DNA of 64,000 nucleotides from Cycas panzhihuaensis (taxonomy: Eukaryota; Plantae; Cycadophyta): the NCBI GenBank assembly GCA_023213395.1, contig CM041465.1, forward strand, positions 4,278,001 to 4,342,000. The letters run 5' to 3'. Numbering within the stretch: position 1 is the first letter of the stretch; the number at the start of each line of letters is the position of its first letter. Of this stretch, positions 54,413 through 64,000 are shown piece after piece. Under the pieces are notes generated by a model, which was not told where the DNA came from, searched no databases, and worked only from the letters and a program-made list of their open reading frames with translations. Position numbers and translations under genes: made by a program.

Positions 54413-56218
54413 GGGCCTTTGGTTGGTGACACTATGTGTGCAAGACCGATGATGATGGCTAGAGACACTCGATTTAACAAATAGATGATGACTGACCGAC
54501 TAAGTGCGCACAACCCACTAATAGACTGACTAGGTACACTAGGTATGGGCTTGTCTGGTTTGTAGGCCCTCCGATATACTTATCCTAGACGTAAATAATA
54601 TCAACTTACAGAGGCAAACGCTCTACTCTGTAGTTGTACTACCCCGTCTCTAGGGTATGTGGAGAGTAACTTCCCGGGGCTAACCGCTTACCGGTGCACT
54701 ACAAATTGCAGACGATCAATAGGTTTCCTATGGTTACCTATACTAGGAAGGCCTATCTAGGGGGTCCTCCTATATACCCGCAGGTACGTGGAGGCACAAT
54801 TCCGTAGCCGAGTTCTGTCTAAGGCTTGATTCAGGAGTGTGATCTCGGTCCTTCACGCAAGGGATGGAGGAGCCACAATGCACTTCGCCCAAAGCAGCAT
54901 CCTCGTGATATTTATAGACCCCAAGACAGGTCTCTATCTAAATGCAAAAGAGAAGCGCGGTGGCGATGTTAGGGTAGCCCGATTGCGATGTTATCTACCC
55001 CCAAAAAGCAAAGTAACTAAATGGAAATCAAATGAGAATAGGTACTAATGAGAGAAAAAAAATGATGGAAAAAATTGATTATTTAGTACCTTGACTCTCC
55101 CACAAGGAATGGATCGACCGCTCTGATACCACTTGATAGGATACCACTCCTTAATGATAATTGCACACCAATATAATAAGCAAATAACTCCAAAAGAGCA
55201 CTTATATTGCAATACCCTTCGAGGGGGCAACCTCCCAATTACATGCAAATAACAATGATATTCAAGATATCCTACTCTAAGGATTACACAAATATATATA
55301 TGTCTCTATGCTTACTACTCAACCGCCTCCTTATGCATGTGGGGTATTACATGAATATATATAGTGCTCAATGACCACTACACAACCTTCTACTTATGCA
55401 TGTGGGATATTAAGAAAAGGGAAGAAGTAGAAGAAATAAAGATATAAGAGAGAGAAGAAGTACAAGATATAAGAGAATATAAGAGAAGGTAAGTTAGGGG
55501 TTGGATCCCTAACAGAGTAAAAAGTGTGACCATTCATGTTTTATTAACAACCAAAAATGTGACTTTATTAATAAAACATGATCAATCACATTTTTGGCAG
55601 GACAAAAAATGTGATAAGTTAGGAAGTAAAAATTATCTATTAAAAATTTAAAATTAAAATTTTATTAAAATATCTAAAAGAGAAGCCCAAAAGGGGTGAA
55701 AGCTATAAGCACAAGCCTAGAAATCATAAAATTAAAAGATGATTTAAAGATAAAATCAAAAGAAAAAAACAAAATGAGAAAATGTTTTAAAGAAAAAAAA
55801 GTGAGTTAAAATGATCACAAAGGTGAGATTTTATTGTTATAGTTTTCATTCATAGGCAAGTAATGAAACATAATAGTACAATCATCATCAGTCAACATAA
55901 ACCATCAACTAAAATTAATATCACATACCATCAAAACATGGCCTAAACAACATAAAACAAGCCTCAAATAATCATGTCAAATGTAATCAAGTAAAAATAT
56001 TTATTCAAGAGCATGAAGGTCAATTGAGGGCCAAGCTTTGGTGAAACAACATCTAATGTAATATTATCTTGTAATGCATCTTTTTTATTAATGAAGTATG
56101 ACTACTTTGGAGTTTTTTGATCAATTTATTCTCTCTCTTCTTTATTACCTATTTACTGTGCATGTGTGAGATTCAAGTTAGGGTTGATATTGAAACTAAT
56201 TCTTAGCCTTTTAGGTAA

Positions 56219-57335
56219 AATATCTTTCAAGCCTTAAGTATATCATTCAACATGAATTCTACTTATCAACCCCAAATGAATAGCCAATCAGAAGTTTTTG
56301 ACAAACTATTAAAAACAAACTTACTTTTTTATACTTTTGAAAATCATACAAGATGGTCATCATGGCAAGCCCTAGAAGAATATTGGTATAATTCACCAAA
56401 CCACGCATCTAAAGGGATATCCTTATTCATGGCCCTTTATGGGTACCTACTATGATCCTACCATATGCTAGCAGCCAACCTTTGCATTATGATAGTATAA
56501 TAAAAACTCTAACATATGGACCAAATTCTAAATACTCTTAAGCAAAACCTAGTTATGGCCCAAAATCAAATGAAGCAATTAATAAACTACCATCATTCAG
56601 ATCACTCCTTTAACATTGGTGATCTTGTGATCCTATGCCTTTAACCATATAAACAATAATTTCTCAAACATCATAAGAACCATAAGCTCAGTCCTCATTA
56701 CTATGGCACTTATAAAATCCTCTAGCATATCGATGAAGTAGCCTTTACTTTGGAACTCCTTCCCAATATCAAGATTCATAATGCATTCTATATTTCCCAT
56801 CTCAAGAAATATCTTGATAAGAGCATGATCACACAAATAGTCCTACTCATCCTAGATGAAGAATGTGTGACTTGCCATTACAACAAAAGGGTTTGCCTAC
56901 CAATTTCATACTGTGTAGAGAGAATGAGTCCCATTGAGAGACAAACACCATCTAGCACATATAGGGATTTGAACCTTGAACCTGGGCTCTGATACCACTT
57001 GTGACTTACTATTACACCAAATTCATATGGGTGATTTGGGAAGATGACTCCTTGGTAAGTGAACCATCCATAGTCTAACACTTTAGTCAATGCCTTCCCT
57101 TTGTCAATTGAAGGTAGAGAGGATGATTCTTCTATAATGGCTTTGTCTTTATCAACTCTCATTATTCCCCTAGAATGCATCCTAATTAATAGACAATGTC
57201 ATCTCTAGAATAGGATAATTACTAAGTAATTGATATAGTGGGTTAGTTGTAAACTAGATGAGGTGACTTAGAAATTACTAGATTTTATAAAGCAACATTT
57301 ACATCTCCTTTGCTTTGGGCACTCAGCATCTCAAG
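56219..57335 (+). pseudogene. Gypsy A integrase C-part and chromodomain, interrupted by a small insert
   Basis: MNSTYQPQMNSQSE..EYWYNS..SLFMALYG, IHNAFYISHLKKY, then IIPLECIL..RIITK*LI*WVSCKLDEVT*. Confidence 0.85.
56866..57154 (-). mobile_element. TRIM-like mini element: 155-bp LTR, PBS, ~100-bp interior, ~23-nt remnant of the second LTR
   Basis: Minus-strand TGATAA..GTCACA (57154-57000), then ag-TGGTATCAGAGCCCAGGTT. LTR end repeated as tgtgacttgccattacaacaaa at 56866. No TSD found. Confidence 0.6.
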
Positions 57336-57745
57336 GGAGAGGACATGTTACATGACCACATACAACTAGTAGAACCAAGATACCAACACCCATATTTAAG
57401 ATACTAAGAGGTTAAGTGCTAATCATTAACTTTTATATATAGGTTATTAAATCCACTAATGAAATGCAAGATTGTTTGGCCTGCTAATAGGATTATAGGG
57501 GAAAGGATCTCTTTTATTTATTTAAAGGTCATAGATTATAAAGGAAAGTTGATGTGTAATAATTTTCTCATGAGAGATTGGTACTCTTTAGTTCTCTTTT
57601 ATGTCTATTTAAGCTCTTTGGTATACTTCACTTATGTATTTGGTTTTCATTAATAATATAAGTGTTGTAATTTCCTTCTTATCTTTACACTATCAATTTT
57701 GAGTGTGAGCAAAAGTGGAATAGTCATATCCTAATTATGTTATTA

Positions 57746-60700
57746 GTGGTAACCTAATCTCAAATCAATCTTAGCAAACAACTTAGCACATTTCATCTGA
57801 TCAAATACATCTTGATTTAAGTAGGGGATATTTGTCTTTCTATCATAATCTTATTTAATTATCTATAATGTATACACAATCTTAAAGTTTTATTCTTCTT
57901 CTTAATGAATAAAATCAGGGCTCCCCAAGACAAGGCATTCATCCTAATAAAGCCTTTATCTAGTAGATCCTATAGTTATATTTTTAGCTCTACTGGCTTT
58001 AGTATAGCTAAGTGATGGGGCACTTTAAAGACTATCTCCTCCCTTGATATGAGTTCAATGGTATAATCAACATCTTATTTGGGAGGCAACTCTAACAATT
58101 CATTTGGGAAGACATTCTTGAATTCCTACACTAATGTAAGATCTTTGAGTTTTGGTCCTTTTTGCATTCCTTCCTTGTCAATATGGATTGCATAAGATTG
58201 ACAACACTTCTTCAAATACCTCTTTACTTACATTGAAAAAATCTATTATATATTTATTAGAATCTTTCTCTCTTAGACAATCATAATTTCTTTATCATGA
58301 TCTAAGTATTTAACCAATTTATCATAACAATCAATTTTGGTATAGTGTTCCTCTAACCACTCCAAACCAATAACAATGTCATAATCACCTAATAATAGAA
58401 TTTGAAAAGTAACACTTGTAGACCATATCTCCTAATCTAAAGTATAGGAAGGTATGAATTAGGTTAGCTTTATTTAATTTTCATTTTCCATGTCTGCAAT
58501 CCATTTAGTCTAATGAAACTACATCTTAAGTTTCCACTTGTCTATATTCCTAGGGTGTAAGTAATTATGACTACTTTCTAAATCAATTAATACAATAAGA
58601 TCATGTCTAAATATCTTACTAACTGATTAAACCATAATAAATTATTAATATACTTGTCTCCCTTCAATATATTCCCTACTTCTTGGGATCCATTAGCTAC
58701 CATCAGTTATAGCTCTATATGGAGGGATACTCCTCTCATTCCTATCTTTTGTGAATAGTTCATAAAATAATGACCCTACTCATTACACATAAAGAACCTA
58801 ATTTTACCTAAGTGATTTGAAGCATGGAATTATAATAGATTAGGTCTTATGTTACCCTAGGGATTATTATAAGTCCTCTCTCCTTAGATAAATTTTGAAG
58901 GTCTAAAATTACCCCTTAATGACCTTACTTTCATTTGTTTCCTCCCTTCCTATCCATCTAACCTATCATGCAATCTTGACCATTAGTCTTCAGAGCACCT
59001 TGCTTTATAGATTACTTCCTTGAGGGTTTAAGTTTCAATATTTTGATCTCATTTTGGATGTTTTCATTTAGCTTGCTAATGAACTTGTGAGTTTTCACTT
59101 TCTTCTCTCTAATACATAGTGCATATTAGAGAAATTCCATAAAGTCTCTCTCAAAATCATTTATTGACCTCTTTCCCTACTTTAATTCATGGAAGGCCTT
59201 TATTTTTGTATTGTAGTACTACTTAGAAAGGTACTTTTTTTTTAAATACTTTACAAACTTAGTCTATCTTATGTCTCTTTCCCAAAACCCTTTAACTTCT
59301 TATGATGATTCCACCAGAAGGATGCATTTATTGTCAAATTATATATAATTACTCTTACCTTCTTGTTAGAGCTAAAGTCATTTAAGCCAAAGTATTTTTC
59401 AATATTAGGGAGTCAAGCTTTTGCTTCTCCTTCATTCTTAACTTCTCCATTGAAGGTAGGCAACTTTACTTTTCTCATTTTGAATTGTAGTATATTCCTA
59501 CCTTCTCATTCTCTTTGACTCAATCTTGAGGCTTTATTAGAAGATGTTATGCTAGTAGAATAACATTCTTCACTATAACCTTGAGTTCTTTTTCTAGCTC
59601 TTATACTTGAATGCTCATGAGTTGATAAGTCCCATGACCTGTTTCTTCTTTTATTACTTCTCATATGTTAAATCTATTTGGTCTTCTCTTACTCCATGGT
59701 CCTTTGAATATTGTGGAGCATCTTTTTGTGATTTCTCAAATTTTGCTTTATTATCCTCTTTATAGCTTTTCAATTGTTCTTGCAAGCTATGGAGTATCTT
59801 CACTAATTTCATTGATATATCATTTCACAGACCTCCTCTACACCTTAAAAACTTCTTTGTTTCTATTTCTTTAGTGTTAATGTCTTCTTATCCCTCTTGA
59901 ACTATTTGCATATAATCCCTCATTATCCCCATCCTCTATTCAAACTAAATGGTCTATTGTTTCCTATGTTTGCACTTAAATTTGGCAACCTGTGAAGCCT
60001 CGACTTGTAAATCCCTAATAGCAATCCTTTAATATTTCAATTCATAGAACCCTAACAATGATTTATTTTTGTTCCAACTCATAAAACCTTAGTAGTGACT
60101 TATGAATATTTTAACTTTTTAAATGCTAGTACCATCCTAACAACATTGCAATTTTAAAAATTCTAGAATCAATCTTTCAATGTCATAGCACATGCAACTC
60201 TTGAAACATTTCATCAATTGTTATAACTTATGGAACTTGCCAACAACATGTTAACATTCTAATTTACAAAGACTTAAAAACTCCTGGTCAATTTATTTAT
60301 TGGTATAAATATTTCAAATCTAATTTCCTTAATAAGTTTTGGTAGCTTTCAAACCCTATTACACTAATGAAGGTCTCTCTTTCTATAAGCCTTCAAACCT
60401 AGGCTCTAATACCACATCTATCACAACCCTTCTAAATCATACAATGCTTGTAATAAATGCCTCAATGGAACCCACCTAACTTGCCCAATAAGTCAAGCAC
60501 CAAGCTATCTAAAACTTAAATTTGTATAATCCTAATCAATCATGATAAGTTCAATGAAAACATTTACCCATTACATATAACAAAAGTGAACAAGGGTGCT
60601 CATACACTTATAACAAATTTCTTTTATCCATCGTAGTACAAGCAATAAAATATAAGATATCATATATTTGTATTCTATAATATAATAATATAAAACACAT

Positions 60701-62450
60701 ATATCAAGGGAAAGAATTAACTAGATTGTTATACAGGGATTCATCACCTAACCAACAACAATCTTAAGTAAGAAAGCTCCCCCATATGATATGAATTGTT
60801 GAAGTACTAGTGATTCACTCTTCACTCAATCTAAACTATCCCTTATATAAAAGTCTAGTCTATAATATAATTCTATAATTAATTATTATTGTAACCTTTA
60901 TAATCTCTACTATAATATCTTATACTTTCATATTTTTCTCATTCTTCAATCCAAATAAAAAAATACCATTCTACACATGGCTCACCATTGAAGCAATCTC
61001 ATTAAATTGTGTCATTATATAATCGCATGTCTCATACCATGCTATTAATCATAAACCATGATAACTAGTTCACTAAGGGCTTAACTCAACCCTCAAGCAC
61101 CAAAAATAATTAGAGCATAAGGGACTTAGCTTAACCCTCTCTCAACAATAATATCTAGAGCATAGAGGACTCGGGTCAACCCTATCTCAACTTATAAATT
61201 GAATATCCATAAGATAGTCTAGGGATATTGAGATCACTCACATGTATATGTCATTAACTAATCAAGTTTTTATATGATATGGTAGTATTCACCAAGATAA
61301 ATATAGAGATGACTCACTTAACTTTCATAGGAAATGAGGACTCACTCCACTCAAGTTCCTTATTAGCATTGATATTCAAAGCATAGGGGTCTCACTTAAC
61401 TCTATCTCAAATTTATCTAAATAATATCTTCTTTAAGTTTATTACCAAGCTATAACATCTCTTATGAATTGGATATTAAATAGTCACCAATTGAACAATA
61501 ACTCTTAATATAGTTATGGATAATTCACATGAACTTAGCCATTAGATTTACATACTTTTCATCTACTATGTCACCAAAAATCAAAATTAGAATACAATTT
61601 TAAGCCTTTTAAAATTTAAGTGGTTACTATCTTACTCCTTCATAGAACTTGCACTTTACACTTTATATGAAGAACTCTTATAATATTCCAAGGTTGAAGA
61701 AATCAAAGATAAAAAAGTATCTTCTTCTCTCACCTCTCCAAACTGTACTCCCTTCCATTCATGATTCAACTTTATCATTCATGCTATTATATCTAGTGGA
61801 AATTATGGACTTTTATGGATAGAATAATACACATTATGGCTACTAAAAATTGGCTCCCAATCATTACTATTACAATAATTATCAACTTCCCACTACTTCT
61901 ATATTCCAAGAATGTTTTCTCATAGGGAATTTTTGGGTGGTCTCTACCTATTAGTAAATCTAGATGACTTGAATCTAATATGTCCATTTGTATTCATATT
62001 TTTACAATATCTTAGGTAGTTGTTTTGGTGTTAAGGGTCCATCCACAAAGCTATGAGGTGCATTTCTTTATTTTTATGATTTTGGAATTAGATGATCAAT
62101 ACCCCCCATTTAGTTACTTATTCATGAGATTATGTGACTCTCTCTATAATAGGTCAGCCCCTATTACCATAGTAATATAAGAGAAAAGAGTAAGAATACC
62201 AAGAAATGGAGGTGAATGGAGTGGAGGGTGGAGATGGAAAGCACCAAATAAGAACCAAAAGGGCATTGAAGTAAACCTAATAAGATTATATTCATGAACA
62301 TATCAATATGTCTTACATAAGATGGGGGTGTCATATTTATAAGAGGATCACCCCATTATTCTATTATTCTACTTCTAAAATACTCAATCCCATATTTCCT
62401 TATCATTAACCTTTACTTAACCTATCCTCATATGGTAGAGGGCTATAACA
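57746..62450 (-). mobile_element. Tekay/Del-like Ty3/gypsy H, 5' half (LTR, PBS, gag with CCHC, PR, RT N-part)
   Basis: PBS gctctaatacca at 60403-60414, LTR end tatcacaaccc at 60419. Gag MRKVKLPTFNGEVK..NIEKYF, knuckle FMCNE*GHYFMN, PR VLIDLESSHNY, RT LRLCIHYR..KIDLRLGYH cut at 57746. Far LTR end uncertain (62335 or 62450). Confidence 0.8.
61070..61415. repeat. Degenerate subrepeats within the H LTR
   Basis: About 6 copies of gcatagRggactc..tYaacYct. Confidence 0.55.
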
Positions 62451-62896
62451 CTCTCCTTTGTGATTCCATTTATATTGCATTTGTGCAACTAGAGTCCATT
62501 TATTTATTTATTCACTAAATTATTAGGTGCTCTATTATCTAATCCCTCTATTCCTCTTTCTTCACATTTTTAGGATTGGACATTTAAAAGGCTCTACTCA
62601 CTTCTCCATTTATGAAGTTGGGAATACATTTCTTTATATCTCTTTATTTCATAATTTTGGAGTTGGTCAATCAAAGGTTTCCACTCACCTTCTTATTTAT
62701 GAAATTATGAAGAAGCTTATACTCAAAGAGATTTTAACTTTTAAAACCACCTAAAACCTTTATAACTTTATAACTTTTTACTCTGATGCTTATTTTTGCT
62801 GCTTCACTTATCATTAAAATGTTGAAGACCTATTCTTACACTTGATGAATTCTTTCCTTGTAACTTGTGTCCATTAATTGATCTTTTAGTATCTCT

Positions 62897-63254
62897 TGTT
62901 AGAATTAATACTATCTCATTATGAAAAGGTGTAATGTTATCTTATAATGTAATGGTAGTTTAGATTTATTATAATTATTATTAAAAGCTATTATTAAAAT
63001 TTCATTGAATAAGTCATTATCCATTTCAACTAATATGTATTCATCTCTCATATTATGCAAGAGAGAGAGGGAATAGTGATCCTAAAAGGTTGATGTAATA
63101 TACACTCTGATAATATAATTATACTATTCTAAGGTGGTTTTTCTTCCCCCAAAGGGGTTTTCCACCTATCTATATATTGTCTCCTCTAGTTAGTTGATTA
63201 TGCTGTGAGATATTATAATTATTCTCCATCTCCAACATGGTATCAGAGCAGGTT
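62897..63254 (+). mobile_element. Short LTR (~341 bp) with tRNA-iMet PBS
   Basis: ..tctccaaCA directly followed by TGGTATCAGAGCAGGTT (63238-63254). Start TGTTAGAA at 62897 is tentative. Confidence 0.65.
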
Positions 63255-63672
63255 AATGAAGGATAGTAAAGAAGTAGTCCCAAGATCATTCTTCACTACA
63301 TGCAGGACTGAAATAATTAATCACAACATGGTAAGATCACCAAGGCTATAACCAAGAAGAGGGCTCTAAGTAGCTAGCAATGGTGTTTTCCTCCTCTATT
63401 AATTGACCCCATATCCTACTAGATAATAAATGCAAAGTACATCATTTAGGTTTAAATGACCATAGAGGTTCCCCCATCTATTTTTTCTTATTACCCTATC
63501 CCAATATTCAACAAGGAAGCTTCATCTTTATTTATTTGTTTATTTAAATAACCATATCATTCAAATAAACAACCATGTTTCCCTTTCCCCATAGTAGACA
63601 TTTTAACCCATTGATAAGATTATGAATAGAACTTATGGCATCAATAACCAACTTATCCCATGTGAAATGGAT

Positions 63673-63816
63673 GAAGGCATAAATGCCTTTGAGAAGATTT
63701 TCATATAAATGCATTGAATCAAAGGTCTTGTGGATTTTATCATAAGTGGCAAAAAGTTCCTCACCCTCAATAGAAAGTATTTCATTCATCTTGGTATCAT
63801 ATTAATGAGCATCATA
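63673..63816 (-). pseudogene. eIF4A: eIF4A N-terminal/Q-motif fragment
   Basis: [47 protein letters not shown] vs plant eIF4A FDARQYD.KMNELL...G.EFFTSYDEVHE.FDAMGLQENLLRGIYAY. Confidence 0.92.
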
Positions 63817-64000
63817 GAAAGTATTTTATTGGCCTCATCCAACACAGATATCTTAATGTAATTAGGAGGAAGAGAGTGCATGAATAATATATCAAACACA
63901 CAACTAGGTGTCTCAACAATAATGTGAACCCCCCTCATGAGGATACATTGGTCTTCACACACACTTATCCCCCCAATACAAGCATGTACTTTAACTTGTA
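63816..64000 (-). pseudogene. eIF4A: eIF4A GG/motif Ib/motif II (DEAD) fragment, runs off the window end
   Basis: [61 protein letters not shown] vs [57 protein letters not shown]. R>C changes fit CpG decay. Confidence 0.95.

Larger units (their letters stand above)
49511..55514 (-). mobile_element. Young full-length Ty3/gypsy chromovirus F (Reina-like), 6.0 kb
   Basis: 381-bp LTRs 49511-49891 and 55134-55514 with two differences by eye. Perfect TSD GAGTA. PBS TGGTATCAGAGC at 55120-55131. PPT 49892-49904. Confidence 0.98.
34734..56048 (-). mobile_element. Tat/Ogre-like Ty3/gypsy element E with ~2.3-kb LTRs, non-autonomous (gag-PR-aRH, antisense PMD gene)
   Basis: LTRs ~34734-39603 (split by LINE G) and ~47770-56048 (split by F), both ending GTGAAACA on +. 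PPT 39604-39616. PBS 47746-47763 matches the tRNA-Arg type TGGCGACTCTGCTGGGGA at 13/18, four of the five mismatches G>A. TSD weak (ccctc/acatc), so the left end is approximate. Confidence 0.85.
20403..56213 (+). mobile_element. Ty1/copia B with 3' LTR split by LINE D and element E
   Basis: 5' LTR 20403-20809 (TG..CA), PBS tggtatcatagc 20812-20823, PPT taagggaggg 32151-32160. 3' LTR pieces 32161-32204, 34494-34733 and 56049-56213. Perfect TSD GGTAA at 20398-20402 and 56214-56218; removing B restores the Gypsy INT (FTNLFW*NIFQALSISFNMNSTYQPQ). Confidence 0.92.
14917..57733 (+). mobile_element. Ty3/gypsy chromovirus A, old, split by a 35.8-kb nested block
   Basis: 5' LTR 14917-15312, PBS 15315-15332, gag/PR/RT/RH/INT remnants 17100-20402. 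INT resumes at 56219, chromodomain remnant ~57160-57330, PPT aagggagagg, 3' LTR 57346-57733. TSD gttat/attat. Confidence 0.85.

Noticed and set aside
54267-54513. Hydrophobic and Lys/Ala-rich ORFs upstream of F gag
   Set aside because: Translation of the poly(T)/(TTTTGC)n microsatellite.
56960-57000. tRNA gene suggested by GGTTCAAATCCC and GCTCTGATACCA
   Set aside because: No cloverleaf or box A; explained as a PBS next to an LTR.
63544-63789. Functional eIF4A gene
   Set aside because: In-frame stop, DEAD changed to DEAN, scrambled order, and similarity ends after GIYAF.

Overview
AT-rich, CpG/CHG-depleted plant heterochromatin; gymnosperm-like by inference only. There is no intact host gene. 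Almost the whole window is one nest of retrotransposons that can be rebuilt from LTRs, PBS/PPT sites and TSDs. Tekay-like Gypsy H (57746-~62400, -) hosts decayed chromovirus Z (-). Z's 5' LTR hosts chromovirus A (14917-57733, +), and A's integrase hosts Copia B (20403-56213, +). B hosts Copia C (which carries a solo LTR), LINE D and a 21-kb Tat-like element E (34734-56048, -). E hosts LINE G, a second solo LTR and a very young Reina-like chromovirus F (49511-55514). A 3.6-kb segment spanning the Z/A LTR junction is tandemly triplicated (4708-15552). The most interesting object is element E. It lacks recognisable RT/integrase but keeps gag, protease and an archaeal-type RNase H. It also carries an antisense, apparently intron-containing Plant Mobile Domain (PMD, MAIN/MAIL-like) gene and about 15 co-oriented copies of a short motif in its non-coding regions, a layout reminiscent of VANC/VANDAL-type anti-silencing modules (hypothesis). 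The window ends in an order-scrambled, intronless eIF4A retro-fragment downstream of an LTR+PBS. All protein assignments are by-eye motif recognition; no searches were run.
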